Below, piece after piece: positions 15,070 through 28,070 of a DNA stretch of 64,000 nt. The notes beneath the pieces are model-generated. The model worked only from the letters and a program-made list of their open reading frames with translations, had not been told where the DNA came from and did not search any database. The stretch comes from Raillietiella orientalis (taxonomy: Eukaryota), in the NCBI GenBank assembly GCA_036172245.1, contig JAYWIR010000054.1:496001-560000 (forward strand), in the 5' to 3' direction. A program made the position numbers and the translations under genes. The stretch's first letter is position 1. Every line of letters begins with the position of its first letter.

Positions 15070-16410
15070 CCGGATGAACACTTGCCTGCGTAGGCACGCT
15101 CGCTGGACGCTGCAGGAGATCGTGCAATCCCACTGCAAAGTGCTGTGGGCCTTGATTACCCCCCTTTCCCCAGTGCTGCCCTCCCTAGTGAACGCTAGGG
15201 ACAGCCATGAACTGGGAAAGTGGGAAGTGTTCTGCGTCATCGGAGGAAGAATCAAAGGTATCAAGGCGTGGACAACCTCGGCCGCTAGCGGACGCTGCGA
15301 CCCCGAGTGCCCTGCCCAACGGACTCTTACGCTGGGGCGAGCTACTCGCATTGCCTCCGGAGGAGGTGAAGTGGCCCCCAGCGTGTTGGAACAGCGGCTT
15401 TCTCCCCATGAAGAGGCAGGAGGTGGCGTTGCTCGTCTTGCATTGGGGACTCCCGTGCAAAGCACGCCTCACTCTCCGGACACGTGGAAGTGCGGATGCG
15501 CAGTGCGACCTGCGCGGGGAGAAAGACACATTCCCCCACCTTGTGGTGGACTGCATCGCCCTCCGCCCCCTCTGGAATCGTCTTGCGACGAATCTGAACG
15601 TTCGCGGAGGTACCCCCAGGGACATTTTCAGGCTCCTCTTCTCGCGCACCTCCTTGCCCCCGGCCGCGTCTTTAGCAGTGCTGTACCGCATCCGCGGAAT
15701 CGTGGCGGCATGGAACGCGTCCAGAAGATGCAGGAGCGGCAGGGATGCCATCCACTGGACGCGAATATTCGCCCGAAAACTCTCCAGGTGGCCCCGACCT
15801 GGGTGCAAACAGGACTCAGCTCGCTAGGAACCTAAACAGGATCTAGAGGACCAATCCACGCGCAGTGTGATAATTCCTTTCCCGCCTCCCCCTCCCCCAC
15901 TCACAGACCTTGGTGCCCTCCCTACGTTTCACCTTTTATTTCTACCCCCGCGCGTTGGATGGACCTCGCCGGTTTTTGCACCAGCAGCTAGCTTGCTGTT
16001 ATGGAGTGGTGAGCCTTTGGGTTCACCACAAGAAAGCAGAATGTCCTTTTATTTGCTCCAAATGAATGCCCCGGCATATCCGGGTGATAAACCATAAACG
16101 TATCTGCATGGTTACGCGCCAAGAAAAAGAGGTCGGAATGGCGGGGATGCCATCCACTGCACACGCCGAAACGTATCCAAGTGGCCCCACCTGGACGCCA
16201 ACAACACACAGCTTGCCAGGATCCTGAATAGGATCTAGAGGACCGATCCACGCGCAGTGTGACCCCTTCCCCGACCTCCCCACCCAGGGTCATGTCAGCC
16301 CTCCCCACGTTCCGCGGGTCGGATGGACCTTGCCGGTCTCGCACCGGCAACCAGCATGCTGTCGTGACGCGGTGTGAGCCATCCACAAGAAAACTCAATC
16401 GCATTTTTCA
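15070..16410 (+). mobile_element. L1/Tx1 LINE 3' portion (about 15070-16060) followed by a diverged second copy of its 3' end (about 16090-16410)
   Basis: VLHWGLPCKARL...CDLRGEKDTFPHLVVDCIALRPLW zf-RVT motif. Block gggatgccatccactg...aggatctagaggacc.atccacgcgcagtgtga occurs at about 15740-15870 and 16145-16262. Confidence 0.8.
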
Positions 16411-16798
16411 TTTCCGGTGTAACGAGACCGGATGATGGCGGGCTTCCCTCGTCCAACAATGAGCTCTCCGACGGAAGCGGGTGTGAGGCAACAATGCGCT
16501 GCAAACAATGGGGGGCGGGGGAGGGGCGGCGCAAACATCCGGCAGCGCCGGTCGAACTGCCGCTCGAATTCTGTTCCGCGGTAGGCGTGCTGTTGGGTGT
16601 GCCGAACGGGTGCGTGGTGTGCCGCGCGGCGGTATGTGGAAGAAAAAATCTCCCGGGAGCGTGCGGCTGAACTGAGAAGAACACTTCGGAGCTTCTGGAG
16701 TTCCCGTCCCAGGTAAGCGGGGGCCCCTTGGGACGGTCGGCGCCGTGCTGGGCGCGGGCTGTGCGAACGCACCTTCCGGTGTTTCTCGTTTCTCTCAG

Positions 16799-17447
16799 AT
16801 GGAGCAGGTTTTGAAGGAAGCCGCCATCGATCATAAGATCGAGGATGCTGTGCTGGAGTACTGTACGTATGGATGTGTGTGCGCGCGCGCGTGCGTGTGC
16901 GTATGGGAAAGGGAAGGGGTAGAGCGGCTGCGTGTCGACCCGGCAATCCTCCATCCGCCCCCTTCCCGCTTGCCCTACTCGAAACAGACTCCAAACAGAA
17001 TCCGGAAATCGCAGAGGAGATCCGACGGAGGAAGGCCCCGAAGCCCAGTGGCGTGAGCTGGTGGTGGATCGTCGTGGTGTCCTTGCTGCTCGTCGCGTGT
17101 GTGGCAGTCATCTTGGCCACGCAGAAGGTAAAAGGGAGCGAAGGGAGGATGGAAGGAGGGAAGGAAAAGAGATTGAGGCGAGGAGAAGGAACGCAGCATG
17201 ATTTCCTCTTGCCGCTCTCCTCCAGGGGAAAGAAGAGGAAGCCGAGAAACCGCCGGAAGCGGAAGTCCCACCCGAAGAGGCGGCGCCGGAAGGCGAACCG
17301 GCTGAGCTCCACGCCGATTTCTCAAGGATGATGATGGACGACGCGGCGTTACAGGAGGGCGAGGTGTCCCTGTACGAGGAGCTTTCCAACCTAGAAGATC
17401 TTCTGGCTCTCGAAGAAGAGGGAGACGGCTACAGGAAGGCCAACTGA
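16799..17447 (+). CDS. Predicted spliced gene of unknown family: 141-aa single-pass membrane protein with acidic C-terminus; exons 16799-16862, 16988-17127, 17226-17447
   Basis: Canonical GT-AG sites with matching phases (1, 0) give MEQVLKEAAIDHKIEDAVLEYYSKQNPEIAEEIRRRKAPKPSGVSWWWIVVVSLLLVACVAVILATQKGKEEEAEKPPEAEVPP...LALEEEGDGYRKAN*. An upstream donor (gtaagc at 16713) suggests a 5' UTR exon. Confidence 0.7.
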
Positions 17448-17999
17448 CGGGAAGCAGGCGGCACTCAGCTCCGCCAGCCGACTTCCGCGACCAGCGCGCC
17501 AGCACCCCATCACCAGGGACGACGGAGACGACGACCGCGGGAGCACCACCTCCTTCCCGGTTGTGTGCTCCCCCGAGACTCCATGGCGGAGGAGGCCCAC
17601 AGAAGAGAGTGGACCGCGCAGCACATCGTGAGGCTCGGAGCTTCCCTAAATTGACAAAAGGGCTTTCGGTTGTTGCCTCCTCCTTCCCCCTTTCGCGTTT
17701 GGTCCCCTCAAGAAAATTGGAAATACAGCAAGCTCTTGTTAGCAGGGTTGTGCGCCGCCACCGTTGTAAGGGAGAACCAGGTTCCCCGTTCCCTCTGGCG
17801 CTCGGGGGAAAGATCGGTTGCCTCCAGCAGCAGCGGAATGCTCGTGAATGCATGCACGGGCCGCCGCCTGCGTGTGGCGGTCACAGCGGGGCGTCCCCGC
17901 TTTTCCTCCTCCCCCGTTCTCGCCCTTTCTGTTCCTCGTCCCCCCTTCCCCTGGAGAAGGAAGCAGCAGGGACTCCCGTCGGCTTCCTCCTTGGGCAAC

Positions 18000-19625
18000 A
18001 ACCGTCTGAACACATCTCTTGACGACCGATTACACAGTTCTTGTGCAACTCCATCACGTCGGAGTGTCAACAGAGTACCTCCACAGCCAGCCACACATAC
18101 ACACAGAAAAACTCAGCCCCCCCCCCTTCCTGGTCTACTCCGTTTCACATACAGCCACCCCTTCGCGGGAGCGCAGTCCCTCGCATCCCGCTCACCCACC
18201 AATCCAGCGATCGAAACTCTCTTACATGCTGTTACCCCCCTTCCTCCCCTATCGCCAATTCCTTTTCGGCAATGTCGTGTGAAGCTTCACGCCGCGTTCC
18301 CACCATATTGATTTTGCACAGCGACATCTTTGAGTCTACGACGAACCAACTACATTTCATGGTAAACCCCCGTTCACAAACTCGGTCGAAATTTGTTCTC
18401 GCCGTTATACCCGGTCGCCCCATCCATCTGCGTGCCACATCTTTTCTGGCACTCAAATTTCACTCTTGCTAAAATTCCGGTGCTTCTCTCGTATTCGCGA
18501 CACAAGATGAATCCTGCTTAGCAAAAACCTACCAACATCCAGAAGAATTTCCGGCATCACCATGGATGATTGACCACGATGAAGAAATCGTTTCTAAGAT
18601 GAAACAACATCTCTCATTTTTGAGACCAACGATCCATCGTGGGATTTCTCACTACAGTCCAACTACCCACGGGAGCCGTGAACTCTGTGCACTACAGCCT
18701 CCCCCCTATACCCCATCACTCCGTACAGCCATCCGTCTCGGACAGCATACGGCCGACTGTAACGCTGAGATACGCACCGACCCTGCCTCTTTAGCTTCCA
18801 CAGCGTTTTCTTCCCACGTCATCCTAGCGCCACATTTTTCTCTTTTTACAAAAACACCACGTTCTGAGTACCGGAACTTCCCACACTCCAGTTCAAAACG
18901 TCACTCTGATGATGTGCCCTTCGATGGCGTGATATCCATTCAGTGCCCAATTGCTGTTCACCTCCAATTCAACGCCATCACTACCAGCTCCCTTCGCCTG
19001 CTGAGCTGCTACGGTCATCACCATCTTTTCACAAGCCACCGGCACACCGTTTCATTCTCGTGAGGATACTTCTCCATCCCGGACCGTCAACCGATCCTTC
19101 CATCTGCACTTTATTCGACTTTATTATATCCCTGATAGCGGTGACTGGTGCATCACACCTCTGGCAATTCCCCCCACGAAAACCTTTCCACGACCCACCA
19201 AGAACCAGAAAAATGACCCGCGAATGCGACCATTCCTTCGGAGTTGCCCACCATAAAGGACTTCTCTGCAGAACAGGTAATCCCGTTGGTAGAAGTGGAG
19301 ATCCCCGCGGTTTTTCTGGACAGCTCCTCCCTTCTCCTGAAGTGGTGGGACTCATCGTTGCGACTGCTTTTACGTGCCATCCCGTGCGATGCGCGCCTCC
19401 TCCACTGGACCAAGAGACGTGCGGTCCCAGAGTGGAAGGAAAACCTTGCTGCACCTGCTTCTGGTGTGCTTTGCCCTCCATTGTTTGTGGGGACGTTGGA
19501 CCACGTCCCTGAACTCCCTTGTAGACCATCCGAGGGCATTTTTAGCACTCCAAGAGGCGTGCTAAAAATGCAGGCGGGACGTGACCTGCAGTCACGACCT
19601 CAGCTTCCTGCTGCGTACGCTTAGC
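18000..19625 (+). mobile_element. Decayed LINE ORF2 (RT to C-terminal zinc finger)
   Basis: LPYRQFLFG (~QfGFR), SHVILAPHFSLFT (~QGsvLsP.LFslyt), RHSDDV (~YADD) and LCPPLFVGTLDHV..C (~C..C...ETlDH...C), in the correct order. Confidence 0.7.
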
Positions 19626-19979
19626 CGTGGAGGCTGAAAGACCCGATGCCAAGGGCGGAACAAAAGAAGCTGCCACCTCCTTCGTCATCTGGTTGCTGTG
19701 GATTGCTGCACCAGATTCACAACCAGGAGGAGCTTGCGTGCATCCTTGGGAAGAAGCAGAGGCCATCAGGAAGCAGTCTCTCATCCTTTCCCTAGCACCC
19801 CTGAAGGTTTTAGTACTTTGTTTGTTTGATATTTACTTTTTTTTTGTTGTTTTTCATCTTTCCTCTCCTTACATTCTCGGAGCGGACCCCTTCCAGCGAC
19901 TGCTCCGATCAGAGGACCCCTCCGGTGCACGCGGAAGTGGTGACGCTGCGCCGTTACTGAGGAAGGACGGGAAGATTTA

Positions 19980-20600
19980 GTGATGAAATTTACATTTTTT
20001 CACAATATGCACCCCGGGTGTGACCGTGTGAATGTACAAATTCCTCAGAAGCTGTACAATACCATTCAAAATACCGACTTTGCACACATCCGAAGATGGA
20101 CGGAGGCAGATGCACTGCAGGTCAAGAAATCAACCTTCAGTATCCGAGATTCACTTTCTCAGAGACTAACTTTGGTCCATCTCCAATTCATCGCCACCAC
20201 GACCAACTCCCTACCTGGAAACAAAAGGTGGCAGCTGCTATACAATGGGAAGCCCCAACGCAGCAAATCGAACCTTCATGTCGACGTGGATCCACCACCA
20301 CCCGCCATCGACATGAGTACAATTCAATTCATCTTCACCCTCATCAACCCTCCTTTCTAGCTGTACCCTCAACAATCTTCAGCAAACGGTGAACCCACAC
20401 CCCGTCCGAAACCAAGACGCAAGCATCTGTCATCCGCATTCCTCGTCCTTTCCCTGCAACGCCCCGGTTCCGGACTTGCCCTCCGAACACTCGCAAGACC
20501 TCCTCCGAGCACGCAACGATCCACATGACCAACTTCAGCACATGCAAACATGAACCACACTGAAGTTGTGCGTGCATCATCACTCTCATCAATAGAACAA
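19980..20600 (+). mobile_element. Possible further LINE RT fragment
   Basis: TIQNTDFAHIRRWTEADALQV resembles lQ.Dl..l..W...n.l.ln. Confidence 0.35.
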
Positions 20601-21179
20601 ATCACACGCGTCATTTAGGAGATCACCTGGACCACAAAACGAACCGCAGCAATGTGTCCAGACCTACTGTTTGTCACTGATCCACTCATCAGCCCTCCGC
20701 GCATCCTTCTCCTCAAATAACGCGCAAGTAGCCTCAGAGCCTGGAATAGCGGTCTGTTGCGACTTGACTCTTTAAGGGCTGAGCTCATCAGATTGAAACT
20801 CTTCTGCGTCGACGGCACGCAGGTCGCAGCCGCGACCTCCGTGGACCGAACGCTCTTTCGCGCGCTCTATCAGAGGTACCGACCGACTTTCTAAAGTGCT
20901 GATTCAATTTGCCATTGTAATTGTTTATTCACACCACATTGGATAGAATCGTTTGTTTTCTCCGAAACACATACGTTATTTATTTCAAATCGATCGTTAT
21001 AATTTGAATAAATCATTCACATTTTTAGGATATCACAGAGGTGAAATACCATACAATAAATTCTGTACGACACCGAGAGAAACCGAGAACAGTCAGACGA
21101 TATAAATAGAGTTTTGATTACTGCCGTTGCTAAGGTAACTATAGGAATGTAAGCGTGTGGTCAATTTCAAACGTGGATA

Positions 21180-23100
21180 GTGTTGACTAATGTCGCGTGT
21201 ACAAGGGAAAAGTATTTGCCAAACGCATATGTATGTCCACGGTCGACGTCGATCATGTTCGTCGAGCCCATAGGTGCGTCCGTAGCACTCAAAGGGTTTG
21301 AGAGCGTAGTGTCGATGGACGTCGAGGGGGATGAGTTCCGGATTCCCTCTTGCTGTCAGTGCAGTGTGCTGTTCGATGTGATGTCGATCTTACGTAGCAG
21401 CCATTACCCATCCGTGAGACGCCAAAATTCACGTTTGGGAAAATCAGTGGAGTAGTGCTTGTTGGTGGGTGCCCGCGTCGGCAGCCGTGTGGTTACGCGT
21501 CTCCGTGCGCGGCACCACCACCGGTAGCAGGTTCGAATCCTGCCTGGGAGGAAGGGACCGACGCCGAGAGACGGAGTTGGGAGCGTCGTGGGAGTTTCGA
21601 GTTCCTCCCGTAAGAAGACGCTGGTGTGACCGTTCGAGTGCGGCCTCGGTGGAAGCAGCCGGATGCCACCGTTGACTGGCCGGGGTTCCACTTTCAGGGA
21701 TCAAGGGCTCTCAGGGTTCCCCTCCACTTGTGAAAGTGGAGCCGTGTGATGGGGCTGGTTGATGCTGCCCCCCCTTCCCCTTCGTGGAGCTGCCTCTCCC
21801 GAGTGTGAAGAAGAGCCCTCCGGATGAACAGGGAAGAGTCCTTTCGGGGCTCCTATCAGAGGAGAAACAAGGAGCGGTTCCCTTGAGAGTCCCCTCCGAA
21901 TAAGGAATTCGGGAGCGGATCCTTTCCGGGGGATACATCCGGAGACAATGAGGAAGAGGCGGTTTTTTTTCAGGGTTCCCCTCAAGCGTGAGAGGAACGG
22001 ACTCCTTCCTCAGGAGAGTTCCTGCGTCCCTACGATACCTTTCCAGGCTTTCGCTTCCCTACTTCGTCCTGCTCCTCAGTCTCTTTCCACGTGTGGAGAC
22101 CGAAGGAAACAGTTCAATAAGCTGCCTGATTGCGTGTCTCTCACTGTTTGCCGGTTGGCGTCCACCCACGCGCTTCGGAATGAAAACGAAAATTCCACGC
22201 CCCGTTGCAGCATTTGCTCGCCCGTTCGTGCCGCATTCACTCGGGCACGGGTGCCCCATCGTAGGTAGCGCGGGTCGGCACCGCAGTTTGCCGCCAGGGC
22301 AGCGCTCTCGACCGACAAGAAGCTCGGTCTCCCTCATCTGCAAGAACAGGTGAAGGAGCCATTAAAAGGCAGTCATCGGGGAGCTCTGGAGCTCCCTCAT
22401 TAATCTCCCGCCCTTCTTCGCTGACTTCTTCATCGCCTTTTTTCCTCTGAATATCCCCTCCCTACCCCTGACCGACGCGCCTTGACGGTGGCGCATTCCC
22501 CCTCTCTTGTTTGACTGTCACGAACGTAGCAGTCTGACGTCTTTCCGTCGTCTGCCGGGAAGGCAGCGCGCACGATCGACAGAGGTCGCCGTCGGCCTAG
22601 GAGCACCCCCGGGCTATCAGGCTTGCCTGTTCTCGTCGCTGCTGGCGTGCCGCTTGGTAGTTGCGCACGTGGTTCCCGGTCGCCGCGATCGACACGAACC
22701 GGGTGGCCAAGAGGGCGGTGGCTGCCCGCTCGTGCTGCCCACTCTCGACGTAGTCGTTCTTTGCGTGGACAGCACGAAGCCACGGCCGCGTCCTCACCGC
22801 GAAAAAAGGGAGCGGTTAGGAGAAGTGCATGCAAACGCTGACACGCCACCGGCTTTCTTCCACTTCATCCGAAAGTCTTTCCCAATGACTTGATTTCCTT
22901 ACCCTCCCCTTCCTTCCCCGCTTGTAGCGGTGGGTTGCGGCCGGAACATTCTGCATTCTTCTTCCGGGATGAGGTTTTTCGTTTGGTTCCACTTCCACAG
23001 CATCAACGCTGTGTACACCGATGCAATGGCCGTGTCGTAACTGAGCTCCAATATGACTAAGCGCCGAGATACGGTTTCCTTGAATCCTCCCAGTCGAAAT
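21180..23100 (-). mobile_element. Decayed LINE ORF1/endonuclease region, split by the SINE at about 21465-22050
   Basis: QMRETELL (~lQETkl) and GRGIFVFIPKR (~gGvaifvk) on one side of the SINE; GNGCY...SPSTSIDTTLSN (~nG...s.IDltl) on the other side. Confidence 0.5.
21465..22050 (+). mobile_element. tRNA-derived SINE-like element, copy 1
   Basis: A-box-like ggcagccgtgtgg (about 21480) and B-box ggttcgaatcc (21530-21540), with no clean cloverleaf. Body motifs ccggatgc..cgttgac.ggccgggg and ctc...cagaggag.aaacaagg are shared with 31735-32200. Confidence 0.6.
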
Positions 23101-23899
23101 TTTCCCGACTCCAGCAACGTGTAGACGAAATTCCTCTGCCGTTACTCGCAGAAGCGTTCCAGAAGTGTGAAGTCCATACCTGGAATGGAGACTACATCAT
23201 CTTCCACGCTGGCCTTGCACATGAAACGATCGATTCAGGGAGTGACCCCGGACTCAGGAGTTTTAGATGAATCCAGATACAACGAAAGATGACCGTATAC
23301 CATGTTCAACTCTTCTTGGATCGAATGCGGGTCAGGGGGCGGGAATGCACAAATTCTATTGAGAGAGACGTTGAGGGTGCGGAAATGAGTGAACTGTCTG
23401 AAACAGCCCTTGCTATGACGGGAGCACTGACGGCTTCGGTTCTGACAGCTGGAAAGCGAAATTCAAGTCTGCATGGAATTCTCGAGGAATAAGATGCTCG
23501 AGGACTTAAAATACCTGGAGATTTGCCACGCGCTTTAGTCCTGCGAGATTTCAAGCGTCGTCCAATTATAGTTCATCGGAGGATAAAACATCGTCTTCAT
23601 CTCGGGCAGAAGCGCCGGATGCTGTGTCGGAAGCTGAAATTGAAAGAACTGGACTACTCGGTATTGTGGAAGACGCGATGGAGAAGTCGAAGATGCCTGT
23701 CTTACAACAGCAGCTTCACAGAATCCTGCGACAGGTTCCGATCGACCAACTGGGTGCTGTGGATCGTGAGCGCAGATCTCTAGTTGTGAGTGCTGTACGT
23801 CGCCAACGAACGCAGACGGGAGAATTGAGTGGAATCTGCCTCTGGCCAGCATTAAGAGACGGAGCGCAAATCAGGTGCTTGGGTTTACTAGAAGATCGT

Positions 23900-26830
23900 G
23901 GATTAATAGAGGAAACGTGCAACCAACTTCTTACCTTGGTGCAGCGTGTTCAGAAGACATCGCGGAAGAAGGAAGAAAGAAGACACTGGCGATAGAGCAG
24001 TGATGAAGATAAAGATGGATTCATGCCTTGCACACACTTCGTTTCCACTGTCCGCTTGGTTGATGGCGTTCCCTTTTACGAAAGCAACGCCTTTCCTCTC
24101 GCGCAAATGGCGTTTCATGTGTGCTGCCGGAGTGATTCCGAGGCCATCAAGAACGGCGATTGTGACGTCGAGCAAAACGGTCAGGATGCTTTCTCTGCTT
24201 GTCATGGGGGAGTGATGCTGTCCATCGGAAGCAGCGTCTCCTCCTGCCACCTTGGGGAAGAAAGCATTTTGCTTCCTTCGACAGAACAGCAGTATTCTGG
24301 ACGCAGCGTGAGGGCTTCAAGGACCCCGGTGCAAGGCAACGGAGGGGACTGTGTTCTGGCAAAGAAGGCACGAGTCTCCATAACAACAGTTTTCCTTGCT
24401 GCATACCGCCTTTTCCTTTTCTCAACCCCGGCTCGTAATTGCGCAGTGAGTGCGACCCAATACCCGGCTTCATAGGAAGGGAGCGAAACCACTCCTAGGG
24501 GAAGAAACGGGAGCACCGCTTAAAATTGAAATTGAAGTGCGTACGTGGTGCCAAAGGGGTAGCCCTTTGGCAGCAAACACCATGCTTCTCATGAGGGACC
24601 CTAAGCGCCCCTCCGTCCACATTGGCGATTGCTACGAGCGCTGGGGTCAAGAAAGACGTCTCCATACAAGAGAAAACCAGCAGGTGGGATCTCTTCAGTG
24701 GTCTCTCCCGCCCTGCAGCACTCTGTTCTGCTGGGATGAACACGATTTCGCTTCTTCGAGGCATCACCCAGTCCATTGGATCAGAAGCAAACACAGGGAG
24801 TCGGGGGTTTCCTGCATCCCGTCGACGTTTCAAACGGACTGCTCCGTCTCACGCGGAAGCAGCGGTCCCCGTTGCGCAGGGGCCATCATGAGCTGCCTCG
24901 CCTTCCTGCGGTTTGTCGCACGCGCACGCCCTTCCACCTTCCTGCGCATTCACGCGTGAGATGTGCACCACGCAGCTCGGTATGCGTTGGCCCTCGATCT
25001 CCGTTGCCACGAAGGGTAGGACGAATGCTGAAATGTGAACCAGGGCAGCAAAGACGCTCTTGTCACCAGCTGAAGAAATGCACCGTCGATAGTTAGCAAG
25101 TAGGAGATGCCTGGGAAGATATCGCCTGCGGGTGATGAGGAGGTGTTGCTTCAAGTCTCTGAGTGTTAAAAGGGTTGCTCCCAACATTCACGTCCCAGAT
25201 CGAGGCTGGCGGGTCGCGCAAGCGTCCTTCTCTGCGTTGCTCAGCATTCCGGAAAGGGAATGCCTCGCGTCACACTGACGGCTGCACGAAGCAGAAGTTT
25301 TCTCGTTCGGGGAAGCGCTCTGCCTCCTGGAAACCGAGTCTTTTCGTGTTGGCACTTCCGTTGAGGGCCCGCTTCCAGGCGACGCACTGCTAAGCGATAC
25401 TCGGACGAGGTCTGGGGAGCGCTCTCATCTGAGCAGTTCACGGTCCACGCTCCTGGATCCAGGCTGCCATCTTCGTTCGACATCGCTGGTGACATGCAGG
25501 AGGAGCACGGAGCAAATTGCAAGAGGAGTGAGTAGGGACCGCGCTCCGTCTTCCGAAAGACCGTTCTCGTTCGGAGGAAGCGCTGCGTGGGCGCACCACG
25601 GTTTCCTGCTCTCTGAGGTCATCGGGAGGACACTAGGTCGACCGAGGGCGTTGCTTGTCGTGCGGAGCTACTTCACGTGCAGCGCGAGGTCAAGTGTGGA
25701 AAGTGGGGTTCACCTCTGGTGCGCGTCGTTGCACCTAAGGATCGTCGGCGAATCGCACCCACAGAATAAGGAGAGACTTTCCTGCTCGGTCGCTGCCTCG
25801 AAGGATAGGGTGTGGGCATGATTTCGGTCTCCAGCTCCGTCGGTTGGGGAAAGCCATCTTAGGCGCGAGGTGGTTAGGCGGGCTCTGCGGCGTGTGCGAG
25901 GGTCGGCTGCATGAGAGAGGAGGGTGCGATGCTGGTTCGCGGATGCTGGCGCCAACATGCGGACAGGCGTCCAACTCACCCAGCATGCCGAACCCGTGGA
26001 ATCCCGTCTCCCCCGTGAGTGCTTTGCATCCTCGCAAGGAACGCAGGTCAATCGGCGTCGGATATCGGGCGACAGGTGGACTTCAAGGAGAGGTGATCGC
26101 TGAGAGCACGCTTCCGACAGATTGCCACTTGCCTCTACGGACAGGTCTGGCAATGCTTACTCCTCGCCTTCCGTCGAGAAACGCAGTCCAGCTCGGACGT
26201 AACGACTTGACTCCGTCCTCGAGGGAAAAAGAGGCAGTGAGGGGCACAGTCTCCGTCGGGGTTCGCGCAGACGAGCGACGGATTTTGTTCTCGTGGTTTT
26301 TTTGGAGCAGCGCTCCCGGGGGCACAGCCAACGACCAGGGCATCGTCCATCTCCTTCGCAGCCTGGCTGACGCCGTCGCCTCTGTATCCTGGAGTCAGTG
26401 CACCCACGGGGGGTTTCCTCTTTCTGCCTGTTGTCCGTGCCTGCGCTTTCCATAGCTCCGCGTGAAGTGGGGAGTGTTTCGTTGCATCGTATTTGCCCTT
26501 CTCGGAGGCGCGTCCTCCGAGCATCGCACTGGCACGCCGGCTACTGCTGAAAGTGATGTCACACCGGTTGTGTCCAGGCAGGGTGCGGACCAGAGAGCGT
26601 GCTCGCAAAAGGCTGCCGGTGTCTTTAGTAGCTCCCGTTCCACGTATCGGGAATCATGTTCCACGTTTCTGTGACCACCAGGGCTCCCGGCTCCCGCGTG
26701 TTCGTGTGCCACCCGACGTGGTCAGGATCCGCGCTTACATCGCGGAGGAAATCCCAGACACCGACGCACGGCTGCTCTCGAAAGCAGGAGTGGGCTGGGA
26801 AGAGCGGCTGGCGTGTCCGCTGCACACGGA
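23900..26830 (-). mobile_element. Long decayed APE-type LINE ORF2 (endonuclease plus RT)
   Basis: ALVVTETW (endonuclease), ANYRRCISSAGDK (~NYRPISL...K), VAIANVDGGALRVPHEK (~D..kAFDrVpH), SPPLPCTGVLEALTLRP (~GVPQGsvL.P) and SDG...SRESILTVLLD...LGI (~YADD region), all colinear on the minus strand. Confidence 0.75.
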
Positions 26831-27049
26831 ATCCTTGCGAGAGCAGAGATGTGTCGTGCAGAGATGTGGCTTAACGTTTCCAGGTGGAAAACCGTTTGTT
26901 TGGGAAACGCAAACAGCGTATATCTAAGCGGACAATTGGAAAATCAAGTGTGGTTTCCAAGGATATTCTTTTTATCAGTTGTTTGTCGCAGGTGTTTCTT
27001 TCGATCTTCCCTTCGCTTGCTTTTGCTGCCATGAATTCTGGAAACGGTA

Positions 27050-28070
27050 AGAAATGGAAGCTGTGAATACCTTCTCTTTATCCACCATCGGGTGGTGTAC
27101 GTATGGGCTTGACCCACATTTAAGCTGGAGCTCGATACCACATCTCATTTCAAGTTTTATTTTACAGATTCACCCTGAATACAGTGTCCCTACAAGTGGC
27201 CGTGCATCCCCTACTTCAGCTCCCATTCCGGCCTCTATTCAATCCCGTTATTCACTGTTGTCTCCATTTTCCCCGGTTAGGAATTTCTTACGATCTATAC
27301 TAGTGGAAACGTATGGCTTATCGCCTGCAACATCTACTGCTATCCGTACTTCAGCTCACGGTCCAGCTCCCATTCAATCTCCTTCTCCAGCCGCCAGCGC
27401 GGCCGTTCGTGGATCCCATTGCCCCGTACGCACTGCATCCTCTCCTCAGTTTCCTAAGGCAGTCCAGAGACTATCCTTCCACGGAATGTCAATCCAATAT
27501 TCCGAGGGCAGAGATCAGTTCAAAGGCGAATCCGAAGGCCTATTCAATCGATTCCACGGGCCTACCGCAAACCGGTTCGCGGCGCGGCCCTACGCCATCC
27601 TATACACTGCGCGACTCGCAAGCAAAGTTTGCGAATCCTGGCTCCAGGACATTTGATACTCACGCGGGGTGGATGGGCGTTGCGCAGCATGGCGATTCGC
27701 CGCTGTCTCCCATGCCTGCCTTGGAAGACTCGTTTGACGAACAGGTGGAGGACGACTGGATTCTTCTAGAAGAGGTGGATATCTTTTTAGCGAGCGAGCG
27801 ACCCTCGAAGACGACCTAAGCACCATGCCAGAAATCCAGGAAGTCCTCCTCCCACTGCTCAGGTCGAAGTTTGTAAATAAGGTCAAGGGTCCTAATACTC
27901 ACAAATTCCAAGGAATCCAACTTCTTGCACTTCTTTCAAGAGTACATAACCGACTACGACCCCGAATACAATTTCTCAATCTTCATTATTTACCTAGCAA
28001 TAAAAATGTGGCACTTCAAGAGGTTACTGAAAAGCAATCTCTAACTACCCTTGGAAACATAAGAAAAAGG
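27050..28070 (+). mobile_element. Decayed LINE ORF2 fragment (linker to RT start)
   Basis: ILLEEVDIFLASERPSKTT (~it.eEv..ai..l..kKspG), VLLPLLRSKFVN and KFQGIQLLALLSRVHNRL (~nyRpIsLLs.lsKv.erl). Confidence 0.55.

Noticed and set aside
16873..17331. Protamine-like KKRKPRNRRKRK... tail in the ORF track
   Set aside because: The ORF reads through an intron into the wrong frame; the spliced frame gives an acidic tail.
21470..21550. Functional tRNA gene
   Set aside because: B-box present but no convincing cloverleaf or oligo-T terminator; it continues into a shared repeat body, so treated as a SINE.
23289..24959. Long near-continuous + strand frames that looked like an endogenous viral polymerase gene
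   Set aside because: No RdRp motifs found; from about 23900 onward the minus strand carries colinear LINE RT motifs, so these are mostly antisense shadow ORFs.
26135..26608. NPDGDCAPHCL resembling an OTU protease motif
   Set aside because: Single short match inside a decayed LINE endonuclease/linker region; no other OTU features.
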